From an uncultured Alphaproteobacteria bacterium (GTDB lineage Bacteria; Pseudomonadota; Alphaproteobacteria; MPNO01; DASWLB01), in NCBI GenBank assembly GCA_963775315.1, contig CAVZIN010000010.1, forward strand, positions 170,570 to 234,569: a stretch of 64,000 nucleotides of DNA, written 5' to 3'. Under the pieces are notes generated by a model that was not told where the DNA came from, did not search any database, and saw only the letters and a program-made list of their open reading frames with translations. Of this stretch, positions 51,635-61,011 are shown piece by piece (position 1 is the first letter of the stretch; every line of letters starts with the position of its first letter). The position numbers were made by a program, and so were the translations under genes.

Positions 51635-54376
51635 ATGAGCGGCGACACCTCGGACCGCGATACGCGGCCTTCGCCCGACGCGCTGCTGGTCCAAGCCGAG
51701 CGCGAGGGACGGGGTCGGCTCAAGATCTTCCTCGGCCCATATCCCGGCGTCGGCAAGACCTTCGCGATGCTCGCGGCCGCGCAGGAACGGCGGCGCGAGG
51801 GAACCGATGTCGTGGTCGGCATCGTCGAGACACACGGGCGTATCGAGACCGAGGCGCTGCTGCGCGGGCTCGATGTTCTCGCACGCAAGCACATCTCCTA
51901 CCGCAGCCGCGTGTTCGGCGAGATGGACATCGACGCCATCTTGTGGCGCAAGCCGAAGCTGGTCGTTGTCGACGAGTTCGCCCATACGAACGTGCCGGGC
52001 AGCCGCCATGGCAAGCGCTGGCAGGATGTCGAGGAGCTGCTGGCCGCCGGCATCGACGTATATACCACACTCAATGTGCAGCACCTGGAGAGCCTGAACG
52101 ATGTAGTGGCGCGCATTTCTCGCGTGCGCGTCCGCGAGACCCTGCCGGACAACGTGCTGCAATCGGCCGACGAGATCGAGCTGATCGACCTGCCGCCCGA
52201 CGACCTTTTGCACCGCCTGCGCGAAGGCAAGGTCTATGTCCGCGACCAGGTCGGCCGCGCCGTCCGCCACTTCTTCTCCAAGGGCAACCTCACCGCGTTC
52301 CGTGAGCTAGCCATGCGCGTCGCCGTCGAGCGGCTGGACGCGGAGGTGGTGGGCTTCATGCGGGCGCACGCCATCCCAGGCCCCTGGCCGACACAGGACC
52401 GGCTGATGGTGTGCGTAAATGAGTCCCCGCTCTGCACCAAGCTGGTGCGCGCGACCAAGCGGGCGGCCGATCGGCAGCACGCCCCCTGGGTGGCGGTCAG
52501 TGTGGAGACGCCGCGGCGCGCCGCGCTGCCGGACGAGGCGAAGGATCGCGTCGCCGAGGCACTGCGGCTCGCCGAAAGCCTCGGCGCCGAAGTGGTGACG
52601 CTTCACGCCGAATCAAACGTCGCAGAGGAGCTGCTCGCCTTCGCGCGCGGGCGCAACGTGACGCGGCTTGTGCTCGGCCGGCCGCGGCGGCGCGTATGGT
52701 CGGGCCTCCTGCACGAAGACGTGGGACGGAAGCTCATCCGCAAGGCGGAGGGGCTGGAGGTCATCCTCATCGCGCCTGACCAGCCGGAGCCTGTCGAGGA
52801 GCGGCTGCGGTCCGCCGTTCCGAAGCCCCACATTGCGGCCGACGTGTACGGGTTCGCCACTCTGACCGTCGTCAGTGCAGCGGTCGTGGCGTTCTGGGTC
52901 CGGGATTTCCTGCCGCTCCCCAACGTATCGCTGGTGTTCCTGACGGCGGTCGTGTTCGTCGCGGCGCGCTGGGGATTGTGGCCGTCGGTCTATACGGCAC
53001 TACTCAGCTTCATCGTCTACAACTTCTTCTTCACCGAACCGTACTACACGTTCAACGTGCTGGAGGACCGCGACCTCCTGACCATCCTGTTCTTCCTGGC
53101 GGTCGCGATCCTCGTCGGCAACCTCGCGGCGCGGCTGCAGGCGCAGGTCGCCACCATGCGCCGGACGGTGCGACGCACCGAAAACCTCTACGATTTCAGC
53201 CGCAAGGTGGCCGCCGCAGCCGGACTCGATGACGTGCTGTGGGCCGCGGTGCACCATGTCGCGGCCACCTTGGAATGTCGCGCACTGGTGCTGCTGCCCA
53301 AGCGCGAAGGCACAGGGCTGGAGATCGCGGCGGGCTATCCCCCGGAAGACCGGCTGCAATCACGCGACTGGGGCGCGGCGGAATGGGCGTGGGAGCACCG
53401 GAAGCCGGCCGGGTGGGGGTCGGACACGCTGCCGGCTGCGGCGTGGCTGTTCCTGCCGCTGGAGACGCCGCGCGATCCGATCGGTCTGGTCGGGGTGTCG
53501 TTCGGCGAGGAAGGGCGGCTCCTCACCCCCGACCAGCGCCGCCTCCTCGAGACTCTGGTCCAGCAGGTCGCCCTGGCCGTCGAGCGAACGCACCTTGCTA
53601 CCGACATTGAGGAGGCGCGCGTCCACGCCGAGACCGAGCGGCTGCGGGCCGCCCTTCTTTCCTCGGTGTCGCATGACCTTCGCACGCCCCTGGTCTCGAT
53701 CATCGGCGCAGCGACGAGCCTCAACAGCATGCGGGAGGGACTGAGCGAGGACGACAGGGCGCAGCTCATCCGCGCCATCCTGGGCGAGAGCGAACGGCTG
53801 AACCGCTACGTCCAGAACCTCCTCGACATGACGCGGCTGGGCTATGGCGCGTTGCAACCCAACCGCGAATGGTCTGACATCCGGGAGATTGCCGGCCGCG
53901 CAGCGAAGCAGATGGCGCGGTCGGCGAGCGGGGTGCGGGTGGAGCTCGAAATCCCCGACGATCTGCCGGCCCTTCACGTCGATCCGGTGCTGATCGAACA
54001 GGTGATGGTCAACCTGCTCGACAACGCAATCAAGCATTCGCCGGCCGATGGCAGGGTCATCGTCTCCGCGGCGCGCCAGGACGACGCGCTGGCGGTGCGC
54101 GTGACCGATCAGGGTCCGGGAATCCCGGCCGACCAGCGGACGGCGGTGTTCGACATGTTCTACCGCGTGCGCGGTGGCGACAGGCGGATGGTCGGGACCG
54201 GGCTGGGTCTTTCGATCTGCCGCGGCCTAATCGAAGCGCATGGTGGACGGATCGAGGCGAAGGCGGGGCCAGGCGGGCGCGGCGCGACCATCGCGTTCAC
54301 CTTGCCGGTTGCGACCATGCCGGCGGTCAGCGACACCGATGACGGCCCGGCGCCCGAGGTCCAGGCTTCGGCGTGA
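51635..54376 (+). CDS. kdpD: Sensor histidine kinase KdpD
   Basis: N-terminal KdpD/Usp domains, four TM segments, H-box SHDLRTPL and HATPase_c motifs. 913 aa. Confidence 0.95.
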   Translation: MSGDTSDRDTRPSPDALLVQAEREGRGRLKIFLGPYPGVGKTFAMLAAAQERRREGTDVVVGIVETHGRIETEALLRGLDVLARKHISYRSRVFGEMDIDAILWRKPKLVVVDEFAHTNVPGSRHGKRWQDVEELLAAGIDVYTTLNVQHLESLNDVVARISRVRVRETLPDNVLQSADEIELIDLPPDDLLHRLREGKVYVRDQVGRAVRHFFSKGNLTAFRELAMRVAVERLDAEVVGFMRAHAIPGPWPTQDRLMVCVNESPLCTKLVRATKRAADRQHAPWVAVSVETPRRAALPDEAKDRVAEALRLAESLGAEVVTLHAESNVAEELLAFARGRNVTRLVLGRPRRRVWSGLLHEDVGRKLIRKAEGLEVILIAPDQPEPVEERLRSAVPKPHIAADVYGFATLTVVSAAVVAFWVRDFLPLPNVSLVFLTAVVFVAARWGLWPSVYTALLSFIVYNFFFTEPYYTFNVLEDRDLLTILFFLAVAILVGNLAARLQAQVATMRRTVRRTENLYDFSRKVAAAAGLDDVLWAAVHHVAATLECRALVLLPKREGTGLEIAAGYPPEDRLQSRDWGAAEWAWEHRKPAGWGSDTLPAAAWLFLPLETPRDPIGLVGVSFGEEGRLLTPDQRRLLETLVQQVALAVERTHLATDIEEARVHAETERLRAALLSSVSHDLRTPLVSIIGAATSLNSMREGLSEDDRAQLIRAILGESERLNRYVQNLLDMTRLGYGALQPNREWSDIREIAGRAAKQMARSASGVRVELEIPDDLPALHVDPVLIEQVMVNLLDNAIKHSPADGRVIVSAARQDDALAVRVTDQGPGIPADQRTAVFDMFYRVRGGDRRMVGTGLGLSICRGLIEAHGGRIEAKAGPGGRGATIAFTLPVATMPAVSDTDDGPAPEVQASA

Positions 54377-55071
54377 GCGACGGAGACCCGCTGATCCTCG
54401 TCGTCGACGACGAGCCGGAAATCCGCCGGTTCCTGCGGATCGGGCTTTCGGCGCACGGCTATCGCATTGCCGAAGCGGCGCGGGGCGGGGAGGCGTTGCG
54501 CCAGGCCGAAGCGGCGCGGCCCGCGCTCGTCGTTCTCGACCTCGGGCTGCCCGACATGGACGGCCAGGACGTGATCCGCAAGCTCCGCGAATGGTCCGCC
54601 GTGCCGGTCATCGTGCTCTCGGTCAGGGCGGCCGAACGCGAAAAGGTAGCGGCGCTCGATGCCGGCGCCAACGATTACGTGACCAAGCCCTTCGGCATCG
54701 CCGAGCTGCTGGCCCGCGTCCGCGCCGCGCTGCGAGCGCAGCCAGCCGATAGCAAAGAGTCCAGCCGCATCGTCGTCGGCGATCTCGCGATCGACATACC
54801 GGCGCATCGCGTGACCGTGGCGGGCCGCGAGGTGAAGCTCACCCGGAAGGAGTTCGCCATGCTGCGTATCCTCGCGCGCGACGCAGGCCGCGTCATAACG
54901 CACCGGGCCCTGCTACGCGAGCTATGGGGCAAGGCGCACGAGGGCGAAACACACTACCTGCGCGTCTACGTCGGCCATCTCCGACAGAAACTCGGCGACG
55001 ACCCCGCCGCGCCCCGCTACATCGAGAACGAGCCCGGCGTGGGGTATAGGCTGATCGATAGGGTGGACTGA
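54373..55071 (+). CDS. kdpE: Response regulator KdpE (OmpR family)
   Basis: GTGA overlap with kdpD. Receiver domain DLGLPDMDG. Winged-helix C-terminus. Confidence 0.92.
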   Translation: MSDGDPLILVVDDEPEIRRFLRIGLSAHGYRIAEAARGGEALRQAEAARPALVVLDLGLPDMDGQDVIRKLREWSAVPVIVLSVRAAEREKVAALDAGANDYVTKPFGIAELLARVRAALRAQPADSKESSRIVVGDLAIDIPAHRVTVAGREVKLTRKEFAMLRILARDAGRVITHRALLRELWGKAHEGETHYLRVYVGHLRQKLGDDPAAPRYIENEPGVGYRLIDRVD

Positions 55072-55269
55072 TTGAGCCGCGCGCGACAAATGCGGCGCCA
55101 ATGCTTGCCCGGGCTAGGCTCCTGGCCCAGCTTCGAGCGAACCTTGGTGACGCCGAACTCTGCGAAAAATTGGCGAACGGGACGCGAATTCGAACCCACG
55201 GAATCTGGAAGGGTTCAACGGCTTCCGAGCCTAGCCCAGCCCCAGGGGTTCGGTTTGAACCCTAGGCAG

Positions 55270-56556
55270 CTAGGCGATGCGGGTGACCTTCGCAGCGCCC
55301 CCAACAATGCCGAGTTCTGGAAAATGGGCGCGGATGGTGTCCGCCACGTAGTTGGGCGAAAGGTGGGCGTAGTGCTTTTCGGTCATCCGCGTGTCGGCAT
55401 GCCCTAGTTGCTTGGCGATCACAGCCATCGGTACGCCTTGCATGGCAAGAAGGCTGCCGTGAGTGTGCCGCAAGACATGAAAGGAGACCGCAGGCGAGAT
55501 CTTCGCCTGGTTGCACGCAGCCATGAGAGGACGGTGCTGGTGCGACTTGCCCCACTTGGCGCCGCTCGCATTCGCGAAAATGGGAGTAGCACCCGATTTG
55601 CCTACCGTCGCTTCGAAAAAGAAGCCCTGCGCCTCATCGGTCAGCACGACGTGGCGCGGCTTGCCGCTTTTAGAGATTCGGACCGTCAGCGTGCCGGAAC
55701 CCGGATTGAAATCGACCACTTGCAAGCCAGCGAGCTCGCCGTAGCGACATCCCGTCAACAGGGCCGCACGCACCATTGGGCGAAAGTTGCTGTCGCAGGC
55801 ATTCACCAGCCGCCGGCATTCCGCCTCGGTCAGATAGCGGACCACCGGCGCGTCCACATGCTGGAATGGCTGGACCCGGCGCCATGTCTCATCCGTCGCC
55901 GCCTTGCCTTCGCGCCAGGCGTGATTGAGAGCGGCCTTAAGCACGGTCAAGACCCGGTTCGCGGTCGCCCGGCGGCGACGAACGGCGTCGGGATCGTCGT
56001 TCCGCGCGCGGTGCCGTGCACCTTCAGACCGTTTGCTGCGCAGCCGTGCAGGGCTCTCGGCCAGACGATGATGCCAGTCTCTAATCTTTTGGGTCGTCAG
56101 CCTGGCGAGTTCGATGTCACCGAGCGAGGGCAAGATATGGGCATTTGCCGCCACCTCTGATGCCCCATGGGCTTTTCCGCCGCGCTTCCGGTACCAGTCC
56201 AGGTAATCGGCGATCGCGTAACGGACGGTATAGGGGCCAACGGCGACCGCCTCCAGACCGGCGTCCCGCCGCGTTTCCTGCTGAAACCATTTTCGAGAGG
56301 CTTCTTGGGCCTGCCAATAGGTGAAGACCGCGATGCCGTCGGCATCCTGAACGTCGTCCGCCGAGCCGAGCTTCGCTTCTACGTATCGACCCTCGGAATT
56401 GCGCCGCCGGACAGTCCAGGAGCCACTTTCCTTGCGTCGGCGGTAGCCGATGTGCAGCCCCTGATCCAAAGCCCGCCAGTGGGGCTCCGGACGGACCGGC
56501 AGCCGCTTTCTCGCGGCGCGGTCCTCGAGGTTCTTGTCCCGCAGCTTCCGAGCCAT
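55270..56556 (-). CDS. P4-type tyrosine integrase of the tRNA-Glu island
   Basis: Start MARKLRDKNL with SD GGAGG. LLTGCRYGEL, HVLRHTHGS and LGHADTRMTEKHYAHL catalytic motifs. The track start at 56619 is probably too far upstream. Confidence 0.9.
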   Translation of the reverse strand: MARKLRDKNLEDRAARKRLPVRPEPHWRALDQGLHIGYRRRKESGSWTVRRRNSEGRYVEAKLGSADDVQDADGIAVFTYWQAQEASRKWFQQETRRDAGLEAVAVGPYTVRYAIADYLDWYRKRGGKAHGASEVAANAHILPSLGDIELARLTTQKIRDWHHRLAESPARLRSKRSEGARHRARNDDPDAVRRRRATANRVLTVLKAALNHAWREGKAATDETWRRVQPFQHVDAPVVRYLTEAECRRLVNACDSNFRPMVRAALLTGCRYGELAGLQVVDFNPGSGTLTVRISKSGKPRHVVLTDEAQGFFFEATVGKSGATPIFANASGAKWGKSHQHRPLMAACNQAKISPAVSFHVLRHTHGSLLAMQGVPMAVIAKQLGHADTRMTEKHYAHLSPNYVADTIRAHFPELGIVGGAAKVTRIA

Positions 56557-56574
56557 AGGTCGCCTCCGCGCGGA

Positions 56575-56606
56575 TTTGGCTACTATTTGGCTAATATACG
56601 GCGCGG
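56575..56606 (+). promoter_or_regulatory. Candidate arm-type integrase binding region (2 x TTGGCTA) in the int 5' region
   Basis: TTTGGCTACTATTTGGCTAATATACGGCGCGG. Imperfect direct repeat of 28315-28346. Confidence 0.4.
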
Positions 56607-56704
56607 AACAGTCGGACACAATCGGGCACGGAAAATAGCTGAAATCCCGGATTTCTGCGGCGATCGAGTGTTTCGGGACGTTCGTCTACGTGCCTGTTAC
56701 CTTT

Positions 56705-56748
56705 CTCTCACGGCGATAACAGGGGTTCGAATCCCCTAGGGGACGCCA
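56705..56748 (+). repeat. attR core: displaced 3' 44 nt of tRNA-Glu
   Basis: Exact copy of 28247-28290 with no 5' half of a tRNA upstream. Confidence 0.85.
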
Positions 56749-56907
56749 ATTCTCCATTTATGTTTGTTTTCAGGTGCTTAGCCGGCCCTCCGAGGCCAGA
56801 TTTACCCCGCATTTGCGCCTTCCGTTCAGGGCCGGTTGATACGCCACTGTTCGCCGCCTATGGTCCCGGCTGGGGTGCCTGATCGAAGCGCTATCGCATG
56901 TGGCTCG

Positions 56908-57116
56908 CTATTGCCGAATGGGCCATCCTCGGCTTGCCGCCTTCGTCGTATTGAGCGGCGCGAGCAGCATACGTCGCCCGAAGATCAGCTGCGTGTCGGC
57001 CACAGGATAGCGCACCGACCAATCCGCATCGTCGATCGCACGTCGCGGGCATGGCCGATCTCGCCATCGGTGGCGCGGAGGACGAAGCCGCCAGGACCGC
57101 CGATACTGAACGGCAT
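56908..57116 (-). pseudogene. PRC-barrel domain gene remnant (frameshifted, short)
   Basis: MPFSIGGPGGFVLRATDGEIGHARDV in one frame continues as IDDADWSVRYPVADT..GRRMLLAP in another. Together they resemble a PRC-barrel core. Confidence 0.3.
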
Positions 57117-57181
57117 GGCGCATCTGCGCTTCAGTTGCGGAAACCGGGCCGACGCGACCCGCGATGGCGCGGTTCCGGCTA

Positions 57182-58049
57182 GGTCACCAACTCATAAAGG
57201 GGATTTACATTTGTAGCGAACAGTGATTCAAGTTCCTCGATGGAGGAGCCGTGATGCACAAGCGCCGCTACGAACTGACGGACTTTGAATGGTCGATCAT
57301 CGAGCCTGTGTTGCCGAACAAGCCGCGCGGCGTTCCGCGAGCCGACGACCGGCGGGTTTTGAACGGCATCTATTGGCGTCTGAGGACGGGGTCGCCCTGG
57401 GCCGACATTCCGGAGCGCTACGGGCCGGCGACGACCTGTTACAACCGCTTCGTCCGGTGGCGGAAGATCGGCGTGTGGGATCGGGTTTTCGAAGCCGTTT
57501 CCAAGGCTTACGACGGCGACCTGCAAATGATCGACTCCTCGTCCATCCGCGTCCATCAGCACGCCGCCAACGTCAAAAAGGGGGTCCGGAAACCGCCGCT
57601 GGGGACGTCCCTGGAACCCGATGCATGGGGCGCTCGCGGGGCGGACTGACCACCAAGATCCACGCGCTTGTCGATGCCAACGGCCTGCCCGTCTCGCTCA
57701 AGCTTTCCGAGGGCCAAGCCCATGACGGCAAGAGCGCGGCCGACATGCTGACGAACCTCGGCCCCGGACAGATCCTTCTGGCCGACCGCGCTTATGACAG
57801 TGACGCCTTGCGCGCCGAGATCGAGAAGCAGGGCGCCTGGGCCAACATCAAACCCATGCCGGGGCGCGTCCGCATCCCGGCCTTCAGCGCCTTCCTCTAC
57901 CGCTATCGCAACCTCGTCGAGCGCTTCTTCAGCAAGCTCAAACACTTCAGGGCAGTCGCAACCCGCTACGACAAGCACGACGCCAACTACCTCGCTCTCA
58001 TCAAGCTCGCCGCCGTCAGAATATGGATGCGGTTTATGAGTCGGTGACC
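57182..58049 (+). mobile_element. IS5-family (IS427-group-like) insertion sequence, 868 bp
   Basis: 17-bp terminal inverted repeats GGTCACC(A/G)ACTCATAAA. Flanks read C-TA-[IS]-TA-G, consistent with a TA duplication in a CTAG target. Confidence 0.85.
57251..58047 (+). CDS. IS5-family DDE transposase made by a -1 frameshift at CAAAAAGGGG (57574-57584)
   Basis: OrfA (..HQHAANVKKG) and the -1 frame (GGPE...GRSRGGLTTKIHALVD...ADRAYDS...) join into a typical IS427-group transposase. Confidence 0.8.
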
Positions 58050-58073
58050 TAGCGCGTTTTCCGATCGAACGGG

Positions 58074-58146
58074 TCCGGCCCTCTCCCCCGCCCGGCCACC
58101 CATACCAGCATGATGTCGTCGGGTGGCCGGGCGGGGGAGAGGGCCG
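58074..58146. repeat. Perfect 27-bp-stem palindromic hairpin (REP-like or bidirectional terminator)
   Basis: CCGGCCCTCTCCCCCGCCCGGCCACCC, a 19-nt loop, then the exact reverse complement. Lies between the IS5 end and the 3' end of the next gene. Confidence 0.7.
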
Positions 58147-58174
58147 GCGCGATTCCTCGCGAGCGGAAGATGCT

Positions 58175-59698
58175 CTAGGACTCGCGCCAGGGCTGGTATT
58201 CGTCCTCGCGCAGCCCGAACGTCCAGGCCACCGCCGCGCGCGCGGTCGTGATCGCGGGCGGCACGTGCAGCCAGAACTCGCGGAACGTGCCGTCGGGCTC
58301 GGGCGAGTGGTTGACCACGCGCACCGCGACGATCGGCGGGCCGACCATGTTGCGCAGGCGGTAGAGCCGGCCACTCGCGTCGCGGTGCACCTCCTCCGCG
58401 CCGGCATCGCGCATGAAACGCCCGAGGCCGTAGCGCTCGATCAGGACCCAGCGGCTGCCCGGGTCGAACTCGCGTAGCACGCGCGCCAGGGTCAGAGGCA
58501 TTTCGGGATCGACCAGCTCGGGCGGAACCGCCCGGCCGCGCCACGCGTGGATCACCGTGCCGTCGGCCCAGGCGAGCGCCGGACCGGAGTCGGCGTGAGG
58601 CCTGCCCTCCGCATCCAGCCGCTCGAGCGTCGGCGGGCGCACCGCGACTCCGACTGTGTCGAACGGGTAGAGCCGGTCGACCGCGAAGGCCAGCCGGACG
58701 AAGCTGCGCGCGGCACGCGGTGCCTGCCCCTCCACGCGGTCGACGACCCCGGCGCGCGACGCGTCCTCGACGCCGTCGAAATAGGGTGGCACCCAACCGA
58801 ACATTTGCCAGTGCCGGCTCCAGATGCCACGCCCCATCGCACTGCTCGACAGGGCTCGCATCGCCGCGCTGGGAGGCATGCCCCCGCCGTCATCGCGGCC
58901 GGCGCCGAACGGCGCGCGCGGCGCGAAGGCGCGGCGATGCGCCTCGTCGAAGAGACGTACCAGCGCTTCATGCGGTGCGAGCCCCTCGCCAGGCGGGATG
59001 GCTCGGTCACTCCATGCCGCCTGCCGTGCCGCGCGCATCCGGCCGGCCACCGAACGCACGGGTCGGACCTCGCGCAGAAAGAGTGGGAGCCCGCGATAGG
59101 CGCGGCGCGCACGGAGGAAGAGCAGCACGCCCGGCACGGCGCCCAGCACGACGACCGTGCCGGCAATCGGATCGCGCCCCAGCAGGCCCGCGGGCAGATC
59201 GGGCATGACGGTCAGAGCCACGACCTGCGCGGTCGCCACGCACAGGATGGTGCCCATGATCCAGGCCGGCACCGAAGGCCCGACCGAACCCGATTTCTGT
59301 CCGGGCGGCGCCGGCAGCCGGGCACACAGTGCAAGGCAGAGCGCCGCTCCCGCCAGTGCCAGCGCAAGCGCGGCACCCAGGATGGCACGCCGGTCGTCGA
59401 ACATCGTTGGATGGTTGACGACCGCGAGAACGATCCCGGCCCAGGCGACCGTACCCAGCACCGCGTAGCACAGCGCCCGCGACCGCTGCGTCCGTGGCGG
59501 TCGGATCAGAAAGGAGATCGTGTTCGCGGCCTCGTCCGGCCCGTCGGCCCAGATGATGTGTCGAGGACGCGCAAGCCCGCTCGCCTCGTAGGCGTGGCGG
59601 ATGGCGTCGTCGGCCTCAGGCGTCGGCGTTAAGCGCCGCCCCGCCAGCCGGTCGCGCCAGGCGGCGGTCGAGCGTGGCGGAGCGGCGGCCTCGGCCAT
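58175..59698 (-). CDS. Membrane protein with DUF6745-like C-terminal domain
   Basis: Several TM segments in the N-terminal half. The C-terminus ..EPDGTFREFWLHVPP..ARAAVAWTFG matches the DUF6745-type family as I remember it. Confidence 0.6.
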   Translation of the reverse strand: MAEAAAPPRSTAAWRDRLAGRRLTPTPEADDAIRHAYEASGLARPRHIIWADGPDEAANTISFLIRPPRTQRSRALCYAVLGTVAWAGIVLAVVNHPTMFDDRRAILGAALALALAGAALCLALCARLPAPPGQKSGSVGPSVPAWIMGTILCVATAQVVALTVMPDLPAGLLGRDPIAGTVVVLGAVPGVLLFLRARRAYRGLPLFLREVRPVRSVAGRMRAARQAAWSDRAIPPGEGLAPHEALVRLFDEAHRRAFAPRAPFGAGRDDGGGMPPSAAMRALSSSAMGRGIWSRHWQMFGWVPPYFDGVEDASRAGVVDRVEGQAPRAARSFVRLAFAVDRLYPFDTVGVAVRPPTLERLDAEGRPHADSGPALAWADGTVIHAWRGRAVPPELVDPEMPLTLARVLREFDPGSRWVLIERYGLGRFMRDAGAEEVHRDASGRLYRLRNMVGPPIVAVRVVNHSPEPDGTFREFWLHVPPAITTARAAVAWTFGLREDEYQPWRES

Positions 59699-59714
59699 GG
59701 CGGCGCGGCGCCGC

Positions 59715-60062
59715 TCAGTCGGCGATCAGGCGCGGCGGCTCGCTCGGCATGTATTCGCGCTGACGCACCACGCGATACGTTCCCGGCGCGACGTGAAGGG
59801 CGCCATGTTCCTCGTGCGTCAGCGCTGCGGGCGCGGTACCGGGGACATACAGGAAGGCCTGACCGGTACCGTCCTCGCGGAACAGGCGCGCGCGGTCGCC
59901 CGGGAGAGCATGGGCATGGCCCGACACCTCGCCATAGGCGAGGACGATGCGGCCCTCGTCCGGTGCCTGCTCGCGAGCCCCCGGCGGAACCGCGTCGCAG
60001 GGAACCAGAAGGACGTCGCCCTGGCGGTACTGTCGTGCTGCTTCGATCTTTCGCTGCAACAT
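59715..60062 (-). CDS. Small hypothetical beta-barrel-like protein
   Basis: Start taken at MLQRKIEAARQYRQGDVLLVP. The GEVSGHAH motif is common in small phage/MGE proteins. The track start at 60137 is less likely. Confidence 0.5.
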   Translation of the reverse strand: MLQRKIEAARQYRQGDVLLVPCDAVPPGAREQAPDEGRIVLAYGEVSGHAHALPGDRARLFREDGTGQAFLYVPGTAPAALTHEEHGALHVAPGTYRVVRQREYMPSEPPRLIAD

Positions 60063-60321
60063 CGCTGAATGCTCCCGCAATCGGTAATCGCCCGATTTCA
60101 CCAACGATAGACGGTGCGGCGAAACCCGCCATAACAAAGGTTAATGGCCGGTCCCGTCGGGCGCGGCGCGCCGCCGCATCACGGGGTTATCCAAAGTTAA
60201 TGTCCGCGCGTGCCGCGGGTGTTTTCATTCGCAGTCTCAAGCTCTTCGAGCCCACCTCCCGTCCACCAGACCGATCGATCGATCCGCCGTACGAGCAATG
60301 GAGCAAGGACACTGACACGCC

Positions 60322-60983
60322 GTGCCGCAGATTTTCGGCCGCCCAGCCAACGCCCTCGCCCGACTGCCTTGATCGGCGTTCCCCTCGCCGCGATCGTCGG
60401 CGTCCTGGCCGGCGTTCTCTACGTGCGTGGCGCGGGAGGCACAGCGGTCGGCATCGCGATCGAGCAGCCTGTGCCGTTCAGCCATGCGCATCATGTCGGC
60501 GGGCTGGGCATCGACTGCCGCTACTGCCACACCTCGGTGGAGCGTTCGTCCTTCGCCGGGCTGCCGCCGACCGAGACCTGCATGACCTGCCATTCCCAGA
60601 TATGGACCAACGCGGCGATGCTGGAGCCCGTCCGCGCAAGCTTGCGCGACGACACGCCGATCCGGTGGAATCGCGTCCACGACCTGCCGGACTTCGTCTA
60701 CTTCAACCACGCAATCCACGTCGCCAAGGGCGTGGGCTGCGAGACCTGCCATGGGCGCGTCGACCGGATGCCGCTGATGCGGAAGGCGCAGCCGCTCACC
60801 ATGGGTTGGTGCCTCGCCTGCCATCGCGATCCGGCGCCGCATTTGCGCCCGCATGCCGAGGTGTTCACGATGGGCTGGACGCCCCCCAGGGGCACCGACC
60901 GTCGTGCCCTCGGCGAGGCGCTGATGCGCAGCTACCGGATCCACGACAAGACACTGACGCATTGCACGATCTGTCACCGCTGA
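60322..60983 (+). pseudogene. actA: Alternative Complex III pentahaem cytochrome c subunit, apparent 1-nt deletion near 60369
   Basis: Five CxxCH sites (CRYCH, CMTCH, CETCH, CLACH, CTICH). The GTG at 60322 encodes VPQIFGRPANALARLP, then hits TGA. The TM and haem domain continue in the next frame from 60369 (LIGVPLAAIVG...). Confidence 0.6.
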
Positions 60984-61011
60984 CTGGCGACGGGGCGCGC
61001 GGGGGCGCGCG

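Noticed and set aside
55171-55200. tRNA-like 3' remnant on the minus strand (CGTGGGTTCGAATTCGCGTCCCGTTCGCCA) just downstream of the island integrase, as a possible old att site.
   Set aside because: It has a TTCGAAT loop and a terminal GCCA. The T-stem does not pair, the spacing to CCA is off by one, and no matching acceptor 5' strand or second copy was found. It may still be a degenerate relic.
56836-57216. The 126-aa plus-strand ORF next to attR as a real gene.
   Set aside because: It has no motifs and an Arg/Pro-rich composition. It lies antisense to the PRC-barrel-like remnant, which explains the open frame.
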